DNA of 64,000 nt from Adineta vaga (lineage: Eukaryota; Animalia; Rotifera), in NCBI GenBank assembly GCA_021613535.1, contig CP075496.1:14260001-14324000 (forward strand). Reading direction: 5' to 3'. Numbering within the stretch: the first letter of the stretch is position 1; each line of letters opens with the position of its first letter. The translations under genes and the position numbers were made by a program. Under the pieces are notes generated by a model. It worked only from the letters and a program-made list of their open reading frames with translations, made no database searches and was not told where the DNA came from. Shown here in pieces: positions 12,081 to 24,712 of this stretch.

Positions 12081-13199
12081 TTATGAAAGATTCATCATTG
12101 CTGGTGAAGGTGCTGATGGAATCATAAGTTCCTAAAGAAAAAATTTCTAGAAAATAGAATAAACAGATTTCTAAACTTACTGGAATAAACGAAGGTTGCA
12201 TTGCTGTTTGTTGATAAGGATTATTCCACATCAATGTCGACAATGGCAATACAGCTGAAAATCAGAAAAAGAAAAAAGATTTAAATATGATTTTTATTAT
12301 AATTCAAACCATATTGTTGATGAGGATTGTACATCGGATGAAACATTTGTGGCATTGTTTGCATTGATGGATTAACAATCCAACCACCAAGAGTATTAAC
12401 AAATGTCGGTGATGGTTGACGATATTGTCCATAGGATAATGGCATTGATGTTGGATATAATTGAAGATTTGTTGGTGGTGATGATGACGATGTTGAACAA
12501 ATATTATCTAGAAATAGTAGGATTAAAATAGAAAAAATAGACGCACGTTTTCAAGAAAACATACTTGGACGAAAAGATTTACAATCATTGAAATCACCTT
12601 CATTTGAACCTAAAATTTCTTCACGTTTTAATGCTCGTTTACATTCGATCTAAATAAAAGATTTCAACATTCTATCAACAATATCAAACACAAAAGCCAA
12701 CCTTTCTTCCATGAAGATTAAAAATTCGTGTTGAACAAACGGTTTTTGTTGTTGACATATCAGCAAATGTTACAAAACCAAATCCTACGAATCCAAACTA
12801 AAATTTTCTTTCAAATCAAATTTCTCTTTACCTCGATGTCGACTACTATATCGATCATAAATAATGAAAGCTTCTTCAACCTAAAAAGAAATAAAATCGT
12901 TTTTCATTTTCAAAAATAAAAACGATTTACTTGTCCATAATTTTGAAAAAATTGTGCTAATTCTTCAGGTCCAACTGAAGATGGAACACCACCAACAAAG
13001 ATTTTTCGTTCTTGTCGATATGACTATTCATATAAAATTTTATTTTTCCAAAGAAGAAAAAAAAACAATCATTTCTTACTGAATCAACTCCACTATCTCC
13101 GGAATCACTACTTGTACTTGTTAATCGTCGAATTGGTGTTGATTGTTGAAGAAGAGATGATGGAAGAAAATGACCCAAAATCATTGAATTATTACTCAT
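12081..13199 (-). CDS. Single-RRM Musashi/DAZAP1-like RNA-binding protein (multi-exon)
   Basis: Spliced RKIFVGGVPSSVGPEELAQFFQNYGQ|VEEAFIIYDRYSSRHR|GFGFVTFADMSTTKTVCSTRIFNLHGRK|IECKRA (RNP2 and RNP1), followed by a P/Q/M/Y-rich tail. Confidence 0.85.
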
Positions 13200-13689
13200 T
13201 ATTTTTCTTTCTCTATCTGTGTAGATAAAATAATCTATCACAATATCACAGAAATTAATTGTTTGATTGAATATGTTGTATGGAATAAGATTCTTCGAGG
13301 GAAAAATCAAGACTCTATTATGACTCATCATTATTTATTTTATTGATTAAAAAAAGGAAATTTTGACAAAATGAAAATTTTCTTAAAGAAATCTTTGGAT
13401 TTTTATTCGAATTCTTATATAAAATTCTAAAGTGCATTAATGTGTTAGATGAGAGGTTATAATCTCGTTTATGATTAGTTGCTGAATTTTTAACCAATAG
13501 AAATCAAGTAAATAATCAATAGGTTTCGACGCAGGAATAAAAATACACTTTGTTTTCTTTCTCAAAATAAAATAGAAAGATTAGTTCGAAATAATTTAAT
13601 TAATAATTTTTATTTTAACTATTCTAGATTATCATCCGATAGATATTTATATATAGAGAAGAATTTTTAAACGAATAAACAGAATAAAA

Positions 13690-14776
13690 ATGTCGTTCGT
13701 TGTTAAAGCCAGCGGAATCTTACAACAACCAGCAACGGTTGCTCTTCTCTGGTACGCACAATTGTTTATTTTTTCGGAAAAATTTTCTATTGAAATTTTT
13801 CTTTATTGCAGGAATGTCTCGTCAGTCCGAAATATGGCTACTCTTAAAGACAGTAAGATTCAATTCATACTTATTAGCAAAGATCCTAAAATGTAATTTC
13901 ATATTTTTAGTCAGTCGTCGTTTAAAATCGGTTAAAAGCATTCAAAAAATCACCAAATCAATGAAGATGGTTTCTGCAGCTAAATATGCCAAAGCTGAAA
14001 GAGAATTACGTGCAGCTCGTGTCTATGGAATCGGTGCTAAAGGTATAACTAAATCTTTCCTTATTAAATATATCATTGAATTTGTTACGATAGGTTTTTA
14101 TGACAATTTGGATGTAGAAGCAGTTGAAGGACCACAAAAACATTTATTCATTGCTGCGACATCTGATCGTGGTCTTTGCGGTGCAGCTAATTCATCAATT
14201 GTGAAAAATATTCGTACACAATTAAATGATGGAAAACAAAATGTAGAAGGAACAAAAATTGTTGCTATTGGAGATAAATCACGTACTGGTCTCGCTCGAA
14301 CACATGCATCGAATTTACTTTTATCAGTTAATGAAATTGGTAAACGTTCAGTTGTTTTCAGCGATGCATCAGCAATTGCCCAACAATTAATTAATTCTGG
14401 TTTTGAATATGATTCAGCTGATATTGTTTATAATAAATTCAAATCAGCTATTGCTTATACAACATCTCGTCAAAAGATTTTATCCGGTGATGCTATAGCA
14501 CGCTCAAAATCAATTCAAGTTTATGATTCAACTGATGCTGATGTTCTTCGTTCATTTCAAGAATTTAATTTAGCTTCTGTTCTTTATTATGCAATGAAAG
14601 AAAATGCAACAGCCGAACAATCATCACGTATGACAGCTATGGATAATGCAACGAAAAATGCTGGAGAATTAATCAATAAATTAACAACTTATTATAATAG
14701 AACACGTCAATCTGTTATTACAACTGAACTTATTGAAATTATTTCCGGCGCTGCTGCTTTGGAACAAAAGAATTAA
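13690..14776 (+). CDS. ATP5F1C: Mitochondrial ATP synthase gamma subunit
   Basis: MATLKD|ISRRLKSVKSIQKITKSMKMVSAAK, SDRGLCG, EQSSRMTAMDNA, NRTRQSVITTELIEIISGA; three short introns in the 5' part. Confidence 0.97.
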
Positions 14777-14957
14777 ACGATTTCAAATTGAAAGAACAGA
14801 ACTATTAGTCTCTTCAAATCAGTTTTCTTTTAGTAGTCTATTAACTTCAGAAAAACACACACATATATTTCTTCTCCTCTTAGTTTTCTTTTTCTCTTTT
14901 GGTTTCACAAAATAAAAAAAATCGTCTAGACCTTTCATTCGATTTTGTAGTTTTCAG

Positions 14958-16823
14958 ATGGCCAATGAAGAAAAATCACAAGAGAATAATCAAGCACCAG
15001 TTACACCATGGAATTTAGCAATTTATTATCGACGAATTTTTCCATCTCATCTCTATTGTAAATGGTTAGCTTATGGAGAACGTAAGTTAACGAATGAAAT
15101 CATTGACAAAGATTAAAGTTCAATGAAAGCAAAAAAATCAATTTTATGTTTAGCTGCTGCTTGTCCAAAATTTTCACAACGTGAATTTACTTTTACACTT
15201 GAAAATGATGTTTATCGTCGTTATCTTTCTTTTACTAATCATATTGAATTTGAAAAAGAATTGATTAAAATGTGCCCAGAAAAAATTGATATCGGTGCTG
15301 TTTATTCAGCTAAAGTATTTGAAATGTTTTTTTAGTGTTTTTATCATCATTTGATTTTGATATTGATTTAGCCAAAAGATCATAAGATGCTTTCAGCTGC
15401 ACAATTTTATCCAATTGAACGTGAACTTGTCTTTGATATTGATATGACAGATTATGATGATGTACGATTTTGTTGTCGGTAATAATTTCATAATTACAGA
15501 AGAAAATGAAATGCTTTTCTTTTCTAATATAAAGTGGTGCAGATATTTGCTCAAAATGTTGGACATTGATGAGATTTGCTATGCAAATTCTTGATCGTGT
15601 TTTACATGGTTTGTTTTAATGATGGAAAGAAAAGATGAAATGAAAATTTGTTTATTTTCTGAAGAGGATTTTGGATTTGAACATCGTCTATGGATTTATT
15701 CTGGTCGTCGTGGTGTTCATTGTTGGGTTTGTGATGAAACAGCTCGTGAATTACAATCAAGTATTCGTCAAGCTATTGTTGAACATTTATCTGTTATCTC
15801 TGTATGTTGACTTTCTTTTCAAATTAATAATTCCATTTGATTTATTTAGGGTGGAAAAGATTCATCTAAACGTGTAACACTTTATACACCATTACATCCA
15901 TCACTTCAGTGAGGAAGAGAGCATTGTGTATTTGATAAAATTAAACTTTTTGTATATTTATAGAAAAGCTCGTGAAATAATTTTAACAGAATTCGATGGA
16001 TATGCTTGTTTAGAACAAGATTTTCTTGGAGATGATCAACGAATTGAACGATTTCTTCGTCTGGTTCCTGATGATAATATCCTTTTTCTGATTAGACTGG
16101 ACATATGAAATTTATCATTGAAAAAAAAGATTTTTTCCTTAACTAGATTCTTTTTTTTTTCTTTTTACGTCGACAAACATTACGTGAAATATTTCCACAA
16201 TTAACCACATCAGCTGAACGATGGGCTGCATTTAAACAACATACAGATGCAATGATTCATTCAGTTACATCAACAAACAAAGTAATTTATTTCTTTTCAT
16301 CTTTGTTTCTTCTTTAAAATAATTTTCCTACATTTAAATTTAGTATCGTAAAGCTGCCTATACAACATTAGTTGATGAAATAATGTTTGAATATTGTTAT
16401 CCACGTCTTGATGTTAATGTAACAAAAGGAATGAATCATTTACTTAAATCTCCATTTTCAATTCATCCCAAAACTGGTCGTGTATCAGTACCAATTGCAT
16501 CAGAATCTTTAGCTTATTTCGATCCATGTAAAGAAGGTTGTGTGCCAAATTTGAATGAATTATGTCAACAAGTGGAACAAATACCAAAACAAAATGAAGA
16601 TACAGAAAATACAGGAAAAATCAATTCAAAACAAAAAGATTATAATCAAACAGCTCTAAAACCATTTATTGATGTTTTTACTCGTTTCGTTCAACGTGCA
16701 CAAACGAGCAAACAAGATGAAACTTTAGCGAAAAGTGGTTCGTTGTTTTGAATAGATATTGTTTCTATATTGAAATTTTCTTTTCGTTTAGATTTCAATA
16801 CAATGCTGTCAGGAGAAATTTGA
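14958..16823 (+). CDS. PRIM1: DNA primase small (catalytic) subunit
   Basis: [82 protein letters not shown]; about nine introns including an AT-AC intron at 16077-16168. Confidence 0.96.
16077..16168 (+). other. U12-type (minor spliceosome) AT-AC intron in PRIM1
   Basis: 5' ATATCCTTT, branch site TTCCTTAAC at 16135-16143, ends ...ttttAC; splicing restores [24 protein letters not shown]. Confidence 0.85.
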
Positions 16824-17087
16824 TTAAAAAAATGCAATATCGAAGTCAGAAAACAGATTCATTGCTCAATTGTCAGATAGATTTTCTTATTCTTTATTCT
16901 TTCTTTGTTTATTATAATTAGATATTAAAAATAAAATAAAGTCACAATATCGAATCTCAATACTATGTATTTTGAAATAGATTATAACGTTTTTGCATCA
17001 CAATTTTTTTACGTTGCTATATTCTTTGTTTCTTTCTTCTTATAAATGTATCGTTCACTTTGAATTATGAATCTTTTTTCTATCTAG

Positions 17088-17974
17088 AATAATCTCAATC
17101 ATCTGAAATGTTTTTCATTGACATATGAATCTTTAACGAATCAATATGATAATCAAATTATAACTCTTCTTCGTCGAATGTTGAATCTTCAAGACTTAAC
17201 ATTATATTTTCAAATCAAAAAACGAAATCGAATTGTCGATGGTGTTCAACTTGAAAATGATATTCTTAATCATTTATCAAAACTGCAAAGATTTGTCTTT
17301 TATATAAGTACTGGATTGATTTCTAAACACTCTTTTACTCCTTTATCGAATGATGATGTTCAACGAACTTTTACTAACTTCAAATTTGGAGAAGTCGGCT
17401 GGACGATGAATTATCTCAATAGATGTCTGATCATATATCATATCTTTTCACTTCCATATAAATTTCATTCGATAGGAGCTGTTGGTAATCAATTCACGAA
17501 TACAATTTATGAAATGTTACTTCTGTATGGGTATGTGATGGTATTTCATTTGAACATGAATTCTTCCTTCGATTGACTCGATGTTTTCCATCATTAGAAT
17601 CTTTGAATATTGTACATGGTGAAGCACAACAAAAGGTCTCAGCTGAATCCCAGCATAACAATAATATATTATTTGAGATTGTTGAATTTCCTCATCTTAC
17701 AACACTTGACTTTGGTCGTGTACATATTGATTATGTTGAAGAAATGTTAAATGAATCAAAAACACGATTACCTTGTTTAACAGAACTTTGGGTTTATTTT
17801 GATGATTTGAAGAGTGTAACAAATAATTTTACAAGAGATGCAACAAGAATCAATTGTTTGAATGTGGAAAGTTTGGTTACTCACCACTCCAACAACGATG
17901 ATGATGATGATGTCGACTTCTTGAAAAGGCAATCTCCAGATTTCTATCGTTATTTCCCGTTGTTAAAACTTTAA
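17088..17974 (+). pseudogene. 5'-truncated F-box/LRR-like family fragment with frameshift
   Basis: LRRMLNLQDLTL, IFSLPY, FPSLESL, HIDYVEEML, VTNNFTRDATRINC motifs shared with 33787-34542; frameshift near 17515; no F-box exon upstream. Confidence 0.75.
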
Positions 17975-18504
17975 TGTTTTATGAATATTTAAATGTATGA
18001 AAATAAAATTAAGATGCAGACGAAAGCATATTTCAAACACTTCAATTCTAAAGATCTGTTATACGATATTTGCTCTATTTTTTAAAAGAGAATAGGATTT
18101 CATTTGTTATCTATTGCATTTAGTCATTAGTCATGTGGATTGAGAGTGAACTCGGTATATAATATAATCATAACTTTATTCATAGTAATTCTCGTTGCTA
18201 TAAAAAAAACACAAATATATCTATATCACTTTAGGCAACATATAATTACGCAAGAATTAACAGAAATATAAGGCACGATAGTTTCCGTCTGAGGTAGGAA
18301 AACTCAGGACAAATTGCATAAAAACGGATTGATACCTTTAAGTTTCTCTTACGTAAAACGATAGTTATTAACTATCAACGAATTCTGAATAGGATAATAT
18401 TATTTTGTTTTATCTTCATTAAAATGAAAAGCATATATACATTTGAATAGAATATGAACAGAAAAAAGGTTAAAGTCAATTAATAAAATAATCTTGTTTT
18501 CTTG

Positions 18505-18635
18505 ACACATCACTTGAACAACGCGGACGAGTAAACATTAAACTTTCATTATCGATTTGTTTCTCTTAAAAATAATAAATTAAAGAGGAAACCTCTTCTT
18601 TTATTATATTAAAGATACTTATTGTTGATGAAACT
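18505..18635 (-). repeat. Duplicated fragment of the nuclear-receptor gene exon at ~21550-21680
   Basis: acatcacttgaacaacgcggacgagtaaacattaaactttcattatcgatttgtttc is present identically at ~18507 and ~21551. Confidence 0.85.
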
Positions 18636-19341
18636 GTCATGTGATTGCATCTAATGATGATTTTCTACTAAGAATATCATTAACAATTTTTAGCGATGAA
18701 TTGCTAGCTGAATGCAGATGAAGTAAGTTTAAATTCAATACAGAGATCGTTGGGACAAACATTTTTCTGTCCCGTTCCGTTCCGTCATCAAAATCGTCTG
18801 TCTTACCGATCTCTACTATGTACAAAGAGTGTTATAGAATATTTTAAAGTAATGAAATGAAAAGCAAGTTCTCTTCATACATATTTGTCACATTCTTTCG
18901 CCATATTATTTGCATTATATCATTTTCTATAAACTGTGCCTTTCATACATCATCAATTCTCCTGTATTCTTCCAACGCTAGTCAGAAATATATCACATTG
19001 AAAGATTTTTATTTTATATCATCACTGAAATATGAATGTATATGATAATTTGTACAAACCATTTTCACTTCAACATTTTCATTGCTGATAAAGTTATCAA
19101 CAACATAATATTTGTATTGAACTCTTTTTCGTACATAATTCCTCACATGATAATGACACAATAATCTGGGATGACCGAAGCGAAATGAAGATAAATAATA
19201 CAACCGAAAGCGTATTATCATCATCATCTTATTCGATCATATCACAGAAATAAAGAGAAACAACTTCATATATTAATTGTATTTAAATGCAATGTCTTTA
19301 TTAAGAATAAAAGAAAATGACAAAAAACATTCTACTGGTTT

Positions 19342-20184
19342 TTAATGTCTGTTAAGTACATTGACAAAATACTTATTATAGATCGTATCAAGAATCACTA
19401 ATTCAGGAAAATTAAATGCTTCATAAATGTGTTCTTGCTTCAATAGTGTTGTTAACTTGTTGTCGTTGGTTTTTCTGCTATCGTTGAGAAAATCAAAAAT
19501 AAGCGAATGTTCACTAAAATTTCTTTTCTCTTTATCGATAAGCAAATATAATAAAATATCATATTGGACATTTAAATTCCCACTTAAACTATAAATCAAA
19601 TTTTGAAATAAATGAAGTTTTTCTTCGTCAAATATATTATCTATTTTGAAAATGTTGATGTAAAAATCTTTTGAATTCATATCATTTTTTGTCGAAGAAT
19701 ATAAACATTTAAGTATGTTTACATTATAATAATATCCAGGAATTTGCTCCATCAACATATCTCGAAAAATACTTTTTTTCAATGGAGATAATATTTCTGC
19801 AATCATCTTTAACCGTTTTGAAGCCATTTGGTTTTCCACTAACACATCCACCTTTGCTTCCAAAGTTTTAACATTATCAGTTAATATAATGATTTTTTCT
19901 TGAAATGACTCGATAATTTTAATAATCAAATCTTTCAATTTACTACAGATTTTTCCGATATGTTCTTTTTCTAATGAAGTTAAACTGGTAATAACTGTGA
20001 CTGTTGAATTAATATCATCGATTTTCTCGTGAATTTTGTTAATCAAATCATGTTCATTTGATGATGGTGTAATATTGATTATATAATCGTCATCATCTAA
20101 ATTATTCAAGAAATCCAAAACAGCTTGTGGTGTGGATGACACGGGAATCATTTGCAGAAACTTTTGTTTAACGTTGATTGACAT
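19342..20184 (-). CDS. Uncharacterised intronless coiled-coil protein (~280 aa)
   Basis: Long open frame in very AT-rich DNA; probable start MSINVKQKF; heptad segment EKIIILTDNVKTLEAKVDVLVENQ; no family recognised. Confidence 0.55.
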   Translation of the reverse strand: MSINVKQKFLQMIPVSSTPQAVLDFLNNLDDDDYIINITPSSNEHDLINKIHEKIDDINSTVTVITSLTSLEKEHIGKICSKLKDLIIKIIESFQEKIIILTDNVKTLEAKVDVLVENQMASKRLKMIAEILSPLKKSIFRDMLMEQIPGYYYNVNILKCLYSSTKNDMNSKDFYINIFKIDNIFDEEKLHLFQNLIYSLSGNLNVQYDILLYLLIDKEKRNFSEHSLIFDFLNDSRKTNDNKLTTLLKQEHIYEAFNFPELVILDTIYNKYFVNVLNRH

Positions 20185-20506
20185 GATAATGATAAAAAGT
20201 ACCGAAAACACTGAGAAATTAAAATCTGAACAAGAATAGGAAAATGATTTACAAAAATACAAATCAATTCAATTTGGATTTGATTCTTGAAAAGCAATAT
20301 AGTAAACAATAGACAACTAAGATCGAATTCATAATTCAAAGCGACACCAATACAGTACAGAACGAGTTCAGATAGAGATAGAGACCTTTTAGAACCGTTG
20401 TTCGTTATATAAATGTTTCACCAACTAGAAATTGATTCAATAGATGTCGCATTGTTTCAGGTACTTGATCTTTTCAGATATCACAAATATATCAATCTAC
20501 TTTTAT

Positions 20507-20845
20507 CTAATAAACCTCTGGTGATATGATTTTATAAAAAAAAGTAATAACGATACTCAATGTTTTAACTATAGTCTCTTTGTTAAGTTTTTTTTCATCT
20601 GTTTCTTTATTTAACATAACGTTATGTGCAATTGCTTCATTAAAAACTGGATGAACATGATATGATGTACTTTCTTGATTATGATCAATTTGATCACTAT
20701 CAACGATTGAACGTAATAAATACAAAAGTGAATGAAAACCAAGTTCATCATCTAAATTTAAGATTATTTTTTGAATATTTTTCAAAAAAAAGATTGACTT
20801 ACATGGAATTTGTTTTCCACAATTCACTCTATATATACCCCTGGA
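20507..20845 (-). pseudogene. Fragmentary LOTUS-domain paralog of 26128-27806
   Basis: NCGKQIP|..ELGFHSLLYLLRSI..SYHVHPVFNEAIAH versus NCGKEIP|YVELGFHSFLSLLRSM..SYRVHPVYNETTAH; same intron position; the 5' end is missing. Confidence 0.75.
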
Positions 20846-21150
20846 AATGAAAAGCTGCAGTCAGTATTTTGAGTGTTTTGTCATCATGAAAGAATATTTT
20901 TTAACACCAGTACCGTATTCTGAGAGCCCAAACAGTTCTCTATCACTCTATATATTTCTATTTGACTTGGTATCTATACATTTGCAAAATAAATTGGGTA
21001 CAATGAGAGCATCCTCAAGTCCAGATTCCCACAGACTTGATTTTTTCACTGTCATAAAAAAACTAGTTTTAAAAAGTTTTTTTCATCATTATAGAATTGT
21101 TTTATAAAAAAAAGAAAACTATAGATTCTGATAGAGCGTGAAAATCTCTA

Positions 21151-22090
21151 TCATCCTATATATTTCCTTACTCCCTTATACGAATTTATCCAAGAGAAAA
21201 CTTGAATAGAATCAAAAAATCGTGAATCGACAAGTACCAAAAATACGAAAGTTCTTCTACAACTAAAATTATTTCTTCGTCTAAAATCAATTTTACACTT
21301 AGATTTGTTTTTCAAATCTTCATTCATATCCGAAGTTGAATTAAACATTTACTCTTAGTTTTTGAATGAAATATTGATAGTTACAAATATCTTTTCATGG
21401 AATTTGTTGAGAGAAAATAATAATTTCCGTTTATTCACAATGGAAACTATGAAATATACATATAGAATATAAGAAGAAGAGAAGCTTGAACTTTAATTAA
21501 TGAAATAATCTTTTTTTCTTAATAAATCAGCTTGATAATGAAAATCACTAACATCACTTGAACAACGCGGACGAGTAAACATTAAACTTTCATTATCGAT
21601 TTGTTTCTTTAAAAAAAGAAAAGAAAAGAAAACTCTTATAGCTGATTGTTAAAGATCCTTACTGTTGATGAAACTATTCTTTCATCTGACGAAGATGTTT
21701 TCAAAAGAATATTATTGATATTATTCAATGGTGGAGTACTTGCCGATCGTAATCGAAGGAAATTCTTATCCATTCCAACTGATAAACATTTTTCTAATCG
21801 ACATGCTCGACATGATGATAATGATGAGGAAAAATATCTTCGTATTGCTTCAATATTACATCTTCCATTTTGATTACATTTCAATGTCTAAAAAGGAAAA
21901 AGAATGCTATGTCGTTGTTTGACTTAATTAAAAGTGTTTAACTAACATTAGGTGGAAGAAAAGCATGACGTCGAAAGAAAGATTTACATGGTAAACATAT
22001 TCGAATAGGAGAATTATTTCCATAAACATAAGCACCACAAACTGCACAATCAAATGGAGATGTTGATGATTGTTTGTGTTCTTGCGACAT
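21151..22090 (-). CDS. Divergent nuclear hormone receptor (C4 zinc-finger DBD; LBD truncated or degenerate, possibly a pseudogene)
   Basis: MSQEHKQSSTSPFDCAVCGAYVYGNNSPIRICLPCKSFFRRHA|..CNQNGRCNI..CRACRLEKCLSVGMDK; the reading frame breaks in the exon starting near 21446. Confidence 0.75.
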
Positions 22091-24550
22091 TTGATACAAA
22101 AAAAAGAAATTTTATTTGAAAGATGTTCTTTTCTTTTTAATATTCTTTGTCTATTATTAAATTCCGCTTTTTTTCCTTCAATTAAATGTTATTTTATTCT
22201 CTATTCTTCAAGCTTTTATCATTTAAGCATGATTGCGTTTGTCAACCTAATTAAGAGTTTTCTTCTTCTACGGACGTCGTTTTTTCTTTAGGAAGACAAA
22301 CAAGTTTGTCAAGAAAATTACTTTTGAGAAAATAATTTCGACTTATTTTATCGAATAAAAGACACAAATTCTTTTAATACGATTAAAAATCTTGACGAGC
22401 ATATTTTCACACTTCTACGAATGAAATAGTGTGAACAATACCTTGAATTTAAATGAAAACTTTTTAACTAAACGTTTGGATATATTGTCATTCAGTTTTT
22501 TTGTTTCAAATAAATAATTCAGGAAAATATCCACCAATACTTTGTCGATAAAAAAAGGTATATTCCATTTTGTATGACTAACATGAGTTGCATTCATTCT
22601 TTTTTCTAAATACATTTTGTGTGACAAACTGCCTTTAAGCAGAACTTCATCACATTCAAGTACTTTAAGATAATTATTTCAAAGATTCAATAATGAATGA
22701 TTTAATTAACTACTTTTCAAAGTTACATCAACAAATAAAGTACTAAAACCATATAAGAACTAATCTTTTAGAAGCAATTGAATGCATTGTGTAGTGTTAA
22801 CGCCAGTCGTTGTTACTTCAAATTCTTTCCTGTTGAATGTGTCTCTTTTGATCATCATGTCTTCATCATGATATTCTTCTATTATGTCGTGCTATTGTTT
22901 TCGTCTTTGTCTCTTTCTACCCTTTCTTATAAGGCGCAGGCAAGTCAAACTTTAAGTGAAATTTTTTTTTGGGCTTTTTTTCACATTATTTGATAGGGCG
23001 AGAGCTGCTAATCACCAAAATCTACTTTTTAGCCTTAGCAAATACTTCCTTCCAGTCGAAAAACACGAAATACTCGAGAAGTAGTTTTTCGAGGAAAAAC
23101 ACATTTTTTTCAAAATATGTCTTCTATTTGGGTTCGTGCTTTTTGCGACTTTCTGAAAATATTTTTTTCAGATCCAGTATAAAAAACTGAGGTCAGAAGA
23201 GTTGTTATATCGGCTTAAGACCCCAACATTTTTTCAGAGTGGTACTCCGAATCTCTCTGAATGCAATACGCAGAAGTCGTTTTTGTAAACGTATCAAGTT
23301 TTTCTACGTAAGCGATGAAGCCAAGTATTTTATCTCATTCAACTCAACATACCATCAGCTACAAAATTCCGCATTCTTTTTTTTCTTTTCTTTCCTTTGC
23401 TGAAAAAAATCGTTTTTACTGGTGTCATAGAAAAAGGGGAAGGTCATTTTTCAATAAAAAGCTTATTTTTTAGTCGAATCAAGTGAAACTTGTTTTACAC
23501 AAGTAAAAACTGATGGTAAATCGAATACGTACATTTTCGAGATCTCTAGAGGAGCTTCAGGGGTCTCTAGAAAACTCGCCTAAAAAACCATAGGATAACG
23601 ATGTGTCTAATAAGACATGTTTTTGTTTAAGATACTATAGTTGAGGGTGCGGGTACTGAACGAAGCGGGCATCACCCACATCGACCAACACTCACACCCA
23701 CACTCTAGTTAGTTATTAGATTTGAATAGATACTAGGAATCGAGATCGTTCACATGTTTTATCCCTTACGGCCGGATGTTGCCGAATGACAACAAGCCCA
23801 TTCCTTGTTGTTATCGTATAATGCATAATTCATCGTATTATTACAATAGATTAAGGCTTTAACGAAGAAAAATAATCTGAAGTTAGTCCTGCAGTCAGAC
23901 ATTTAGGCTAGTAGCAAATGCGTCATAACGCCTTGAGAGCTGTTTCAGACATGGTCGAGAGAGTTGACCCTTGACTTCAACAAAAGCCATTTTTTACCAT
24001 CGCAGTGCATAGCTTTGTAGTACAATGCATAAAGGTAATTGTCAGCTTAATTGCAGTGCTATATCTCGTGGCTTTCTGAGAAATTTGTGACTAGTGCTGA
24101 CCAAATGTTGCCAAAAGGTAACGTTCGACCGGAAAGGGTTACGATAACTTTTCTTCATTTCAGCATTGTTAATTCGCTTCATTTAAATTCTCACCCTCAC
24201 TCCTCACACTTACTAGCAGTGTTATTTTGGCTCACTGCTCTTTACGTGAATAGTAACTGATACAAACCAATTTAGAAGACGCATCGACTACAACTGAATA
24301 CTCTTCACCTAGCTATTTTCGTGAATTTGATCGTATGAGAGAGAACATGATAAAAACTTTATCTCTTGTGCTATTCAGTGCAAGAGGAAGCGGCGTCAGT
24401 TCTCGATTTATTCACATTATATGGTATGACATTTATACGATTCAAAGTTCGACTATAGGAAGGAGGAAGAGTGAAACCTTATATTCCTCTTAGTACAAAA
24501 CAATCATTGCGGGCCAGTACGAGAAATCATACCAGTGGGAAGTGGTGTGC

Positions 24551-24560
24551 CTATAAAAGA
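24551..24560 (+). promoter_or_regulatory. TATA box of the defensin-like gene
   Basis: CCTATAAAAG about 160 nt upstream of ATG 24713, in a locally GC-richer context. Confidence 0.5.
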
Positions 24561-24712
24561 GGCTCGAACATCCATTTGATTTCGCAGTAATACATCGATC
24601 TTCAAGTCAAACAATAATTGTTGATTCTCAACGTAGCAATAAACGGTAGGATTTTCGATAGTTTCCTCTTCTTTCCATAGTTGCCAATATTCTTGATTTC
24701 CAAGGATAAGTT

